Program-made: the position numbers and the translations under genes | Notes under the pieces: generated by a model | What the model saw: the letters and a program-made list of their open reading frames with translations, nothing else | Databases searched by the model: none | Told to the model about the DNA's origin: nothing | Sequence record: SRR9188677_160 | Length of the DNA stretch: 44,835 bases | Direction: 5' to 3' (one strand) | Shown: one piece after another, positions 1 to 9,664 of the stretch | Numbering within the stretch: position 1 is the first letter of the stretch | How the letters are laid out: every line of letters starts with the position of its first letter

Positions 1-37
1 ACCGCAGAGCCGCAGAGAGCGCAGAGGATTCGCAGAG
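1..37. repeat. CGCAGAG-unit intergenic repeat (REP-like), truncated by the window edge
   Basis: CGCAGAG at 3-9, 11-17, 20-26 and 31-37; degenerate direct copy at 1853-1889. Confidence 0.75.
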
Positions 38-39
38 AA

Positions 40-1785
40 TTACTCCACTTTTGCAACCGCCGTTCTTTTACCAACGCCATTTTCATTAAACGGCTCTATC
101 TGGAAATAATAGGGTTGGTTTTTTTCCATACCGGAGAAATAATATTCGTTGGTACCGTATACCATGATGCTGGTATATAATTTATCCGGTTCGGTACCGG
201 TGTAAATGGTATAACCGGTGGCGGTGGGATTCACTTCCCATTTGAGCCAGCTGTTGCGCCGCTCACTATCGCCACGCAGTACCACAAAATGTTTCACTTC
301 TTCCGGCACAACACCTTTCCCTTTTCCAAACACACGAAAACCACTGATGGCAAATTTGCCGGTGGGCATGTGTATGTTCTCCAGTTTGAGGTAACGGGTT
401 TGTATGGGCGTTGTTAGTTCTACATATTCGTGAGGTATATCTGTTTTGTTATTGCTTTTATCTACCAGCAGTTTCCATTGTACGCCATCCACTGAACTGT
501 ATAGTTTGTACTGGTGATAGGTGTTCGTGTATTTCCCCATCAATGTCACATCCTGATCGGCGTAATTGATCTGCACAGCGTTTACAGTAGAAACAGCCCC
601 CAGATCGGTCTGGATCCATTCGCCTTTGTTGGCAGAGGCGGCACTCCAGTAGGTTTTGATATCTTCATCCACCGCCAGGTTGGGCGAGAATGCACCCAGT
701 GTGGAAGAAACTTTTATCGGTTTCTGGTAGTTCAATAACATCCACCCGGTAAACTGCGAACCTGCATGATCGGCTTTGGACGAAGGCAGGTAATGCGGGT
801 AATCGCCGAATGCGGTGTTGGCAGATAAAATCCCATCCTGATCAAACTGCGCGGGCCAGATGCCGATCCTTCTTTCAAAATTATTCTTAGTGCCAATTAC
901 AATCGTGGATACATGCCACCACTGTTGATATACATCCTGGTAAGTAGCGCCATGCCCCGCCCCTCTTGCAAATCCACCGGGTTTGTAGGAGAAGGGATTA
1001 TGCGATTGATACCGGAATGGACCCATGGGTTGATCGGCCACATACACGCCATCGCCATACCCACTGAACTCGGTACCGGGTGCGCCGTATTGCAGATAAT
1101 ATTTGCCCTTGTGTTTGTTTACCCAGGCGCCTTCCATAAAGGGTTTGAGAAAAGTATTGTCGTTATGCTCGCCAAAACGCTCCCAGCCATGCACGTCGTC
1201 ATGCAAACGGATCAGTTCTTTTTTTTCGCCAATAGGTTGTAAGGTTTTGCGGTCGATCTCCTGTCCGTAGAGTGGATAAAAATTACTGGAGCCCCAATAC
1301 AGGTACACCCTTTGATCATCATCCACAAAAAAGCCCGGATCCCAGGCACCGGCCTGAAACGAATCCACCGCTTCTTTCCATTCGTCTTTCTGCGGGTTGG
1401 TGCTCATCCATAACGGAAAATTCTTTTCATGAGTAGAACCGATCACCAGTAAGGTATCGCCCAGCACCAGTGTAGCAGGTGCACACAACTCATCATACAC
1501 TTTATGCCAGGGCTTGAGAAATTTACGTGATACAAAATTCCATTTCAGCATATCGGCACTCCACCAGTAACCCCATTGGTTGGTGGAGAAGAGATAATAG
1601 TTTCCCTTGAATAGCGTAATCACCGGATCGGCAGTGGCCCGGTGTTTACCCTGCTCGGTAAAATTGGGGATGGGACAATAACCGTAATCGATATTGATGG
1701 GATTACAGTAGGTTTTCTGTTGTGCGTTTACTGTATGTGTTATCATCAGCAGTAAAGCAAGGCGAAAAGTAAAATGTAGTTTCAT
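40..1785 (-). CDS. Secreted glycoside hydrolase family 43 protein with discoidin/CBM32-like and C-terminal FN3-like domains
   Basis: Signal peptide MKLHFTFRLALLLMITHTVNA (start 1785 preferred over 1854, whose extension comes from the repeat). GH43 motifs ADP, WDP, FMEG, GHG; F5/8-type domain (TYWSA...EWIQTDLG). Confidence 0.85.
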   Translation of the reverse strand: MKLHFTFRLALLLMITHTVNAQQKTYCNPINIDYGYCPIPNFTEQGKHRATADPVITLFKGNYYLFSTNQWGYWWSADMLKWNFVSRKFLKPWHKVYDELCAPATLVLGDTLLVIGSTHEKNFPLWMSTNPQKDEWKEAVDSFQAGAWDPGFFVDDDQRVYLYWGSSNFYPLYGQEIDRKTLQPIGEKKELIRLHDDVHGWERFGEHNDNTFLKPFMEGAWVNKHKGKYYLQYGAPGTEFSGYGDGVYVADQPMGPFRYQSHNPFSYKPGGFARGAGHGATYQDVYQQWWHVSTIVIGTKNNFERRIGIWPAQFDQDGILSANTAFGDYPHYLPSSKADHAGSQFTGWMLLNYQKPIKVSSTLGAFSPNLAVDEDIKTYWSAASANKGEWIQTDLGAVSTVNAVQINYADQDVTLMGKYTNTYHQYKLYSSVDGVQWKLLVDKSNNKTDIPHEYVELTTPIQTRYLKLENIHMPTGKFAISGFRVFGKGKGVVPEEVKHFVVLRGDSERRNSWLKWEVNPTATGYTIYTGTEPDKLYTSIMVYGTNEYYFSGMEKNQPYYFQIEPFNENGVGKRTAVAKVE

Positions 1786-1800
1786 AATATACTTGATCAT

Positions 1801-1889
1801 CTCTGCGAAATCGCCGCATCTCCTGGTCTCCCGGTTGGCATACACTCCATTCACCGCAGAGAACGGGAGAGCGGGGAGGTTTCGCAGCG
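1801..1889. repeat. Imperfect inverted pair of CGCAGAG-family repeats
   Basis: Left arm CTCTGCGAAATCGCCGC... is partly complementary to right arm ...GGGGAGGTTTCGCAGCG; the right arm resembles 1-37. Confidence 0.65.
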
Positions 1890-4316
1890 TTATTTTAGAG
1901 GTGTTAAACTGGTTTTTTCGGTGGTTACTTTTTTGATTTTATCTTTTGAGTAATACGCAGGAAAATACTGGTCATTGGCCCAAAGCGGAAAGAGGTTGCG
2001 GTAATAATCGCTATACGGATCGCCCGACTGACCGGGGCTATTGATCATAACCGCTTTGTCCCAATCACCTGTATCCACAATTAAACGGAAACTGGCACCG
2101 GCTAACTGGTTGTCCAGTCCACCATTGGCGCCGGGGGTATGTCCGTTACCGCCGCGGGGCAAGGGACCCAGGTTCAGTTTCTTCTTCCATGCTTCATTCA
2201 CCACACTACTTAACGGATGGGTAATCAGCACATGTTTGTTTTTGGGTTGTCCATACTGCCATTGATCTAGGGAGCTGCCGAGTTTTTTGGTTAACTCATT
2301 TACGGTAGTTACAAAAGCTTCTTTCAGAAAAGTATTTCTGCCTGCCAAAGCATCGGCACCGAATTTACTGTCGGGCTGTTGCAACCAGCCAATGAGTTTG
2401 CTCAGTTGGATATTGATCAGTCCTTTTAATGGATCGGGTACAAATCGTTTGTTGGCCAGCAACATCAATTGCCTTTCCCACATACCATAGATGGCGGCTG
2501 GGATACTGTTTTTATCCAGCACAAAATTCCATCCCACCAATCGCGAAGCAGCTTGTTGCACAGCTGCTTGCTCAAAAGAAAAATCCTTGATCATGGGTAC
2601 CAGTGTTCTTGCCGGTAAGGAAAGATAATCGGTTTGCAGCGCCTGCATTTTTTCGATCGTCATCTTATCATCGGCAGCCAACACTTCATTTACACGGTTA
2701 CCACGGAATGGATCGGCCCAGGTATAACCTACCGCATTCCAGTGTTTGTAATCATTGGGCGTTACGTTCTGGTTGGCAGTGGCAAAAAATCCCTTGGCTG
2801 GATTGAGCAGATGTGGTCTTTCTTTGATGGGTAGAAAACCATCCCATTCATAGCGTCCATCTCCGGGCACAGGCACCAGTCCGCTATGCGTTTTGCGAAC
2901 CGGCACAATACCCACGGCCTGCCATCCGATATTACCTTTTCTATCGGCCCAGATCATATTCTCGCCGGGTATATGACTGTATGCACAGGCTTCCCGAAAT
3001 TCTTCCCAGGTTTTGGCTTGGTCTATCCGCAGCGAAGCCAAGTAAGGTGCCCCACCGGGTTCCAGCCAGGCACAACGAACGGCGTAGGCTTTGTGGTTAA
3101 CAGAATCGATATAGGTAACCGGCCCATGCACCGTATAACGCAAGGTAACATTGGCCGCTGCTGCATTTTTAACAGCAATGTTTTCAGTAATCGTTTTCAT
3201 ACTCGCCCATTGGTCTTTGTAACGGTACTGGCTAAGATCATTCGGATTGAGATCATATACATAGAGGTCTTCTCCATCCGTTTCATAGATGGTTAATCCC
3301 CAGGCGCCTTGTTCATTATGGCCGATAGATACGCCCGGTATCACCGGTTCGCCCCCACCGATCACATTCCAGCCAGGTGCCACCAGGTGCACCATATACC
3401 GAAGGGATGGCACAGCAATCTTGCGATGCGGATCATTGGCCAGCATGGCATGACCGCTGGCGGTTCTGCTGCCACTCACGATCCAGTTATTACTTCCTTC
3501 CAGCCCATGTTCTACCGGCTCTTCCCCAATAAAGGGTTTGGGTTGATTCAGTTTCTGCAAAACAGCTTGCGGATCTTCTACTGTTTTGGAAATATCTCCG
3601 GCTTCAAATGTGATGTCTTTGCGGTAAGCGGTATAAAGTTCCAGAATATTCTGCGAGAGTAAGGCTGTATTAATAGCAGGGTCCATTTGCAACACCGGCT
3701 CTTTGGGATGATACCAGGCCAGCTCCTTCACTTTGGCTTCGCCCATTTTGGCAACGGCCCGGCCGATATTGAGTTCTTCGGTGATATTACCCAGCAATCC
3801 CTGGTGGCGGGAAACTACTACTTCAGGTGTCCATTTACCCGGCTGGATCTTTAGTAAACGAAATTCTACCGGTAATAATTCCGGCTTCTTCAACACTTCA
3901 TCAATATAGGCATTCACTCCGGCGGTATAGGCTTTGATAATGGCCTCGCCCTGCGGATGATAATGGTTCAATTCTTTTTTCAAATCGCCCCGGTATTTGA
4001 ACAGGCGCGTGCCGATATCGCGTTTCAGTTCGCGCGGACCGAGTATTTCTGCCACCGTACCTGTAGCCTGCCGGCGCCAGATCTCGAACTGGAACAGTCG
4101 GTCTTTGGCGGCACAATACCCTTGTGCAAAAAACAGGTCGTGCTGGTTAGCTGCATAAATATGATTCACCCCCCATTGATCGCGGAGAACTTCTACCGGT
4201 GCCTGTAATCCTTTTACAGCCAGTTTAAGTGAAGATTGAGCATCGGTTTTAAAAGGAAAACAGAATAACAAAAAGGCCAGTAGCCGGATGAATAGGGAGG
4301 CAGGCATTCGATACAT
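1890..4316 (-). CDS. Penicillin acylase family (peptidase S45, Ntn hydrolase) precursor
   Basis: RDQWGVNHI, FAQGY, catalytic GSNNW, ANDPH, PGQSG motifs; signal peptide. Start 4316 or 4307. Confidence 0.9.
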   Translation of the reverse strand: MYRMPASLFIRLLAFLLFCFPFKTDAQSSLKLAVKGLQAPVEVLRDQWGVNHIYAANQHDLFFAQGYCAAKDRLFQFEIWRRQATGTVAEILGPRELKRDIGTRLFKYRGDLKKELNHYHPQGEAIIKAYTAGVNAYIDEVLKKPELLPVEFRLLKIQPGKWTPEVVVSRHQGLLGNITEELNIGRAVAKMGEAKVKELAWYHPKEPVLQMDPAINTALLSQNILELYTAYRKDITFEAGDISKTVEDPQAVLQKLNQPKPFIGEEPVEHGLEGSNNWIVSGSRTASGHAMLANDPHRKIAVPSLRYMVHLVAPGWNVIGGGEPVIPGVSIGHNEQGAWGLTIYETDGEDLYVYDLNPNDLSQYRYKDQWASMKTITENIAVKNAAAANVTLRYTVHGPVTYIDSVNHKAYAVRCAWLEPGGAPYLASLRIDQAKTWEEFREACAYSHIPGENMIWADRKGNIGWQAVGIVPVRKTHSGLVPVPGDGRYEWDGFLPIKERPHLLNPAKGFFATANQNVTPNDYKHWNAVGYTWADPFRGNRVNEVLAADDKMTIEKMQALQTDYLSLPARTLVPMIKDFSFEQAAVQQAASRLVGWNFVLDKNSIPAAIYGMWERQLMLLANKRFVPDPLKGLINIQLSKLIGWLQQPDSKFGADALAGRNTFLKEAFVTTVNELTKKLGSSLDQWQYGQPKNKHVLITHPLSSVVNEAWKKKLNLGPLPRGGNGHTPGANGGLDNQLAGASFRLIVDTGDWDKAVMINSPGQSGDPYSDYYRNLFPLWANDQYFPAYYSKDKIKKVTTEKTSLTPLK

Positions 4317-4390
4317 AACAGCTGTTTGGTTGAAACAGTAAGGTAATAAATATATCAGCAAGATGGAGGAACCGCAGCTTCTAAGTAGTC

Positions 4391-4590
4391 CACACGCCGG
4401 GTTAAAACCCGGCTATATAATTAAGGGGAATAGAATATCCACACCCTGAAGGGCGCGGCAACTGAAAGGCACAGCAATGGAATGGTTCAACAACTGAAAG
4501 CCGCCCAACTAATTAATCTTGTTACATACATCAGGGCGTGGATAAGAGGATTATTTGATTACCGCTCCGGGACTTTAGTCCCGCGTGTTA
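4391..4590. repeat. Cluster of REP-like palindromes (BIME/REPIN-like mosaic)
   Basis: Hairpins GCCGGGTT-AA-AACCCGGC (4396-4413) and CGGGACT-TT-AGTCCCG (4568-4583); inverted pair TATCCACACCCTGA (4436-4449) / TCAGGGCGTGGATA (4531-4544). Confidence 0.65.
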
Positions 4591-4616
4591 GTTATAGCAG
4601 AAAACAGAATCTCTGA

Positions 4617-5915
4617 TTAAGCATGCAACAACCACTCTTTCAACTCTGCAAAGGAAGCATTCATCGGTACACTTTTTTTCTCCAATCCGAATAAATACTG
4701 TGCAGCAGCCGGTACTTCCAGTTGCTTACCGATCATGGTTTCTACCGTATCAGGAAATTTAACCGGGTGCGCTGTTTCTAAAATAAACCCTTTCTGTTCC
4801 GGATGTTGAGACAGATAATCTGCCAGCGCATAATACGCAACGGCCCCATGCGGATCCAGGATATATCCTTCCTGCTGATATACATCAGCCATCGTTTGCC
4901 TGGTAATCGCATCTGTAACGGTATACCCTGAAATTTTTTTTCTGATCGTTTCGTATTGACTGCCGAACAGTTCCATTACACGGATAAAATTACTCGGGCT
5001 ACCCACATCCATCGCATTGGAAATCGTAGGCACCGCTGTTTTGGCTGCATAATTTCCGGTACGCAGGTATTCGGGCACCGCATCGTTTACATTACAGGCG
5101 GCTATAAAATGTTGTACCGGCAACCCACTTATATGTGCCAGTAAACCGGCACAGATATTACCGAAATTGCCACTAGGCACAGCAATCACCGGCGGATGGG
5201 CCTTGTCCTGCCATTGCTGCCACGCAAAAAAATAATACAACTGCTGCGGCAACCAGCGCGCCACGTTGATGGAATTGGCTGAGGTGAGTTGCATTGCTTG
5301 GTTCAAATCATCATCCATAAAGGCATCCTTTACCATGGCCTGGCAATCATCAAAACTGCCGGATACTTCGAGGGCTTTGATATTTTGTCCGCAGGTAGTG
5401 AGCTGCAACTCCTGCACCGGACTCACTTTACCCGAAGGATACAGGATCACCACTTCTACGCCCTCCACACCCAGAAACCCATTGGCCACAGCACCGCCTG
5501 TATCGCCTGAAGTAGCCACCAGCACGGTCACTTTCCCTTTTTGCTGTTGAGAAAAATAGCCAAGACAACGACTCATAAACCGCGCACCCACATCCTTAAA
5601 AGCGAGGGTGGGCCCATGAAACAATTCCAGCGAAGAGATCTGCTCATTGATTTTCACCAGTGGAAAATCGAATTGGATGGTTTCTGACACAATACGGAAC
5701 AGACTTTTTTCATCGATTGTATCACCCACATACGGTTGCATCACCAGCATGGCCAGTTCTTCTTTGGTATAGTCCTTACTGTTTTTTATCACCAGCGGAT
5801 CAACAGCAGGAATGGTTTCGGGAAAATACAACCCTTTATCCGGTGCCTGCCCCTTAATAGTGGCTTCGCGGAAACTGACTTTGGGGGCTTGTTTGTTTAA
5901 ACTATAGTAGTGCAT
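4617..5915 (-). CDS. thrC: Threonine synthase
   Basis: LELFHGPTLAFKD PLP-lysine motif, ATSGDTG, SANSIN, PSGNFGN, TAHPVKF. Confidence 0.97.
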   Translation of the reverse strand: MHYYSLNKQAPKVSFREATIKGQAPDKGLYFPETIPAVDPLVIKNSKDYTKEELAMLVMQPYVGDTIDEKSLFRIVSETIQFDFPLVKINEQISSLELFHGPTLAFKDVGARFMSRCLGYFSQQQKGKVTVLVATSGDTGGAVANGFLGVEGVEVVILYPSGKVSPVQELQLTTCGQNIKALEVSGSFDDCQAMVKDAFMDDDLNQAMQLTSANSINVARWLPQQLYYFFAWQQWQDKAHPPVIAVPSGNFGNICAGLLAHISGLPVQHFIAACNVNDAVPEYLRTGNYAAKTAVPTISNAMDVGSPSNFIRVMELFGSQYETIRKKISGYTVTDAITRQTMADVYQQEGYILDPHGAVAYYALADYLSQHPEQKGFILETAHPVKFPDTVETMIGKQLEVPAAAQYLFGLEKKSVPMNASFAELKEWLLHA

Positions 5916-5942
5916 AGTCAATTGTCAATTGTGAATGGTCAG
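5915..5942. repeat. 7-mer tandem repeat
   Basis: TAGTCAA TTGTCAA TTGTGAA TGGTCAG between thrB and thrC. Confidence 0.65.
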
Positions 5943-5944
5943 TG

Positions 5945-6871
5945 TTACGGATTTACAAAGCGTACGCCGGTATCATTGATTGTGGTTACATAGGTATGAT
6001 GATCCAATGATAATTGTTCATAAACGAGATGCATCTGTTGCTCTACGGCTTTGGCTGTGGTTTCATCTTTACTCAGCATAAAAATAGATGGGCCTGAACC
6101 TGAAATACCGCCACCCAGTGCGCCTGCTTCCTTACTCAATTGTTTGATGGTATCAAAACCCGGGATCAGGATACTTCTTACGGGCTCTATCAATACATCT
6201 TCCAGCGATCGGCCAATGAGTGCATAATCTTTTTGTAATAGTCCGGCCACCAGACCGGCAATATTACCCCACTGGCGGATGGCATCTTTCAGCAATACCT
6301 GTTGTTTCAGAATACTTCTGGCATCAGCTGTTCTTACTTCTATCTGCGGGTGTACAATGGTTACATACAATTCCGGCGCTGTCAATGGCACAATATCCAG
6401 CGGAAAAATGGAGCGGATCAAGGTAACACCACCATAAATACAGGGTGCAATATTATCCGCATGTTTCACACCTGAAGCTACTTTCTCTCCATTCATCGCA
6501 AATCGAACCAGGTCTTCTTTGCTGAACCGATCATTCAGCAAACGGTTGGCCGCCACCACCGCCCCCGCCGAACTGGCCGCACTGGAACCCACGCCGCTAC
6601 CGGGTTTGATATGTTTACAAATGCTCAGTTCAAAACCAACAGGCTCCGGAATCTCTTCCAACATGGCCAGCAAAGCCGCCCCCGCCACATTCAGTTCCGG
6701 CTCTGTTGGCAAGTTGTATGCATCTAGGTTATTGATGGTAACCCCTGGCTTATCTGTAAAGCGGATATACATTTCATCATACGGCTCTTTCACCGCAAAG
6801 CCCAGTACATCAAATCCACACACCATATTGGCCACCGTTGCCGGCGCATGCACAGCCACCACCCCATCCAT
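5945..6871 (-). CDS. thrB: Homoserine kinase
   Basis: APATVANMVCGFD, GHMP motif PGSGVGSSAAS, HADN, ISGSGPS; lies between thrA and thrC. Start 6871 or 6910. Confidence 0.96.
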   Translation of the reverse strand: MDGVVAVHAPATVANMVCGFDVLGFAVKEPYDEMYIRFTDKPGVTINNLDAYNLPTEPELNVAGAALLAMLEEIPEPVGFELSICKHIKPGSGVGSSAASSAGAVVAANRLLNDRFSKEDLVRFAMNGEKVASGVKHADNIAPCIYGGVTLIRSIFPLDIVPLTAPELYVTIVHPQIEVRTADARSILKQQVLLKDAIRQWGNIAGLVAGLLQKDYALIGRSLEDVLIEPVRSILIPGFDTIKQLSKEAGALGGGISGSGPSIFMLSKDETTAKAVEQQMHLVYEQLSLDHHTYVTTINDTGVRFVNP

Positions 6872-6927
6872 CGGCGAATAAAAAAAATTTGCATTAAAAA
6901 GTAGTTTCATACTATATGTGTTTTACG

Positions 6928-6982
6928 AACCCTCCCTGCCCAGCACGGAGGGGCGACGAGCGCAGCGATGTCGGGGTGGGTT
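6928..6982. repeat. GC-rich REP-like double hairpin
   Basis: CCCTCC...GGAGGG stem followed by CGAC...GTCG and a GGGTGGGTT tail, in an otherwise AT-rich intergenic region. Confidence 0.55.
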
Positions 6983-6985
6983 AAT

Positions 6986-9430
6986 TTATCTTGCCACCCG
7001 AATAATATCCGCAAATACCCCACTCGCCGTTACATCGGCCCCTGCTCCCGCACCCTTGATCACCAATGGCTGTTCCGGATAACGGTTGGTATAAAACAAT
7101 ACCAGGTTATCTTTTCCATACAGATGATAAAAATCCGATTCAGCAGGAATATGTTGCAGTCCTACCGAGGCTTTTCCATTCTCATAAGTAGCCACAAATT
7201 TTAACTTGCAGTTCTTAGCCGCGGCTGCCTGGTAGATTGCCTGAAAATGTGCTTCCTGTTTTTCCATTTCAGCATAAAAATCCGCTACGGTTCCTTCAAA
7301 GCAGGAAGCCGGTAAAAAATATTCGTTGCTGATATCATCCATCTCCAATTGCTGCCCTGCTTCACGTGCCAGGATCATGATCTTACGCATCACATCAGTT
7401 CCACCCAGGTCCAGTCTCGGATCCGGCTCGGTATATCCTTCTTCCTGCGCCTGTTTAACTACTGAAGCAAAGGGCTGGGTAGCATCATAGTTATTGAATA
7501 CAAAATTGAGTGTACCGGATAATACCGCCTGGATCTTATTCACCGCATCACCGCTACGTAACAGATCATTCAATGTTCCGATCACGGGTAATCCTGCCCC
7601 TACATTGGTCTCGAACAGGAAAGAAGTATTGAACTCGCGCGAGAGCGATTTTAATTTTTTATAAGAAGCATAGGAAGAAGAGGCAGCAATTTTATTGCAG
7701 GCTACCACCGATATACTTTTCGCTAACAGCGCGGCATACACACCCGCCACTTCTGCATTGGCCGTAACATCTACAAACACACTGTTCCGGAGATTTTTAC
7801 TGCAGATCTGTTGTACAAAATCATGAATACTTCCGTTGGGTGCCTGCTGCAGATCTTCTTTCCAGCTATCCAATGCCAGACCTTCTTCATTAATTAGTAT
7901 CCTTTTGCTATTAGCCAATCCGGTGATCTGGATCTGCAAACGAAGGGTATCCTGCAGGTATTTGAATTGTTGCTGGATCTGGCCAATCAGTTTACCGCCC
8001 ACATTACCCGTACCGGCGATAAACACATTCAATTGCTTGTAAGTGGTTTCAAAAAAAGCTTCGTGCAGAACGTTGATCGCTTTTTTAACATCTTTGGAAG
8101 ATAACACCGCCGAGATATTTTTCTCAGAAGAACCCTGTGCAATGGCCCGAACATTAATGCCGTTCCTGCCCAATGCCCCGAACATTTTACCACTTACCCC
8201 CGGGTGACTCTTCATCTGTTCTCCCACCAACGCTACAATAGACAAACCTGTTTCCACTTTCAGCGGATCTACTTTACCTGATTGAATTTCATGATCAAAT
8301 ACCTGGTCTATCGAACGTTTGGCTTTTTCTGTATCTGCTTCATTGATGCCCACACAGATTGAATGCTCGGAAGAGCTTTGGGTAATCAGGATCACATTCA
8401 CTTTCTCCTGCGCCAATGCCTCGAACAACCGTTTGGAGAAACCGGGAATGCCTACCATGCCGCTTCCTTCGAGACTTAACAGGCTGATGCGGTTGATACT
8501 GGAAATACCACGGATAAAACTATCCGCAGTAACTGCAGATTCATTTTCGATCAGTGTTCCAAAATCATCCGGCGCAAAGGTATTTTTTACCCAAACCGGA
8601 ATATGCTTTTTCATCACCGGCTGTATGGTAGGCGGGTAAATAATTTTGGCACCAAAATGCGATAGTTCCATCGCTTCCTGGTAAGAAATCCGTTGGATCG
8701 GTTTGGCATTCTGTACCAGCCTTGGGTCGGCCGTCATCATACCGCTCACATCTGTCCAGATCTCCAGCGCACTGGCATTGGTTGCTGCCGCATAAATAGC
8801 GCCTGTATAATCTGATCCACCTCTGCCCAATGTGGTAGTATTCCCATTGGCATCGCTGGAGATAAAACCCGGTGCCACATATAACTGGTGGGTATGTGCC
8901 TGCAGATAGTCCTGTATATTTTTTTCCGTATGCGCAAAATCAACAAGCGCATTACCATGATTCGTATTGGTAGTGATCAGTTTACGCGAATCCAGCCAAT
9001 TCTGGTTGATGCCCAGCGATTGAAACCTCGCCGAAATCATCATCGACGATAACAGTTCACCATAACTCACGATCCGGTCTTTGGTACGCGCCGACAATTC
9101 GCCCAGCAGAAATACACCATCACAGATGCCTTCCAGTTCATTAAACTGCTGTTTCACCAGACTCAGGGTAGCACTCTGTTGTTGAATAGGCAGTAAGGCA
9201 CGAACCGTTTCCAGGTGTCGGCCTTCCATTTCTTTCAACACCGTTTTGTATTCTTCATTGGCCTTCGAAGCCAGCTCTCCGGTATGTAACAAACTATCCG
9301 TGATGCCGCCCAGTGCCGACACTACCAGAATAACAGGCTCTTTTTCAATCGCCTTTTGTACAATACTAACCACCTTACTCATGTTTTCTGCACTGGCAAC
9401 CGAACTGCCGCCGAATTTTAATACCTGCAT
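6986..9430 (-). CDS. thrA: Bifunctional aspartate kinase / homoserine dehydrogenase I
   Basis: VLKFGGSS, TTLGRGGSD, two ACT domains, GTGNVG, ETNVGAGLP, GYTEPDPRLDL, GAGAG. Confidence 0.97.
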   Translation of the reverse strand: MQVLKFGGSSVASAENMSKVVSIVQKAIEKEPVILVVSALGGITDSLLHTGELASKANEEYKTVLKEMEGRHLETVRALLPIQQQSATLSLVKQQFNELEGICDGVFLLGELSARTKDRIVSYGELLSSMMISARFQSLGINQNWLDSRKLITTNTNHGNALVDFAHTEKNIQDYLQAHTHQLYVAPGFISSDANGNTTTLGRGGSDYTGAIYAAATNASALEIWTDVSGMMTADPRLVQNAKPIQRISYQEAMELSHFGAKIIYPPTIQPVMKKHIPVWVKNTFAPDDFGTLIENESAVTADSFIRGISSINRISLLSLEGSGMVGIPGFSKRLFEALAQEKVNVILITQSSSEHSICVGINEADTEKAKRSIDQVFDHEIQSGKVDPLKVETGLSIVALVGEQMKSHPGVSGKMFGALGRNGINVRAIAQGSSEKNISAVLSSKDVKKAINVLHEAFFETTYKQLNVFIAGTGNVGGKLIGQIQQQFKYLQDTLRLQIQITGLANSKRILINEEGLALDSWKEDLQQAPNGSIHDFVQQICSKNLRNSVFVDVTANAEVAGVYAALLAKSISVVACNKIAASSSYASYKKLKSLSREFNTSFLFETNVGAGLPVIGTLNDLLRSGDAVNKIQAVLSGTLNFVFNNYDATQPFASVVKQAQEEGYTEPDPRLDLGGTDVMRKIMILAREAGQQLEMDDISNEYFLPASCFEGTVADFYAEMEKQEAHFQAIYQAAAAKNCKLKFVATYENGKASVGLQHIPAESDFYHLYGKDNLVLFYTNRYPEQPLVIKGAGAGADVTASGVFADIIRVAR

Positions 9431-9538
9431 ATATGGAAACTTATCGTGTAAAATTTATTTGATGAAAACCGCCAACCGTTTCCCTTTTAGAACAACAGCT
9501 GGTAAAAGCCCGGAGATAATATGACAATGTATAACCCC

Positions 9539-9637
9539 TTACAGGGTTGTAATAGTAATCGCAGTTGGGAACAGCGTAGCTGTTACGAAAGGGTAAATGA
9601 TATGTGACTGCTTTTGTGGCATGTGTTTGTAAAACAT
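9539..9637 (-). CDS. Putative thr operon leader peptide (Thr/Ile-rich)
   Basis: Manual translation MFYKHMPQKQSHIIYPFVTATLFPTAITITTL* (alternative start 9622); ends ~110 nt upstream of thrA; 6 Thr codons, ending TAITITT. Confidence 0.75.
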   Translation of the reverse strand: MFYKHMPQKQSHIIYPFVTATLFPTAITITTL

Positions 9638-9664
9638 GTTCAAGATACAGAAAAATATTTTTCA

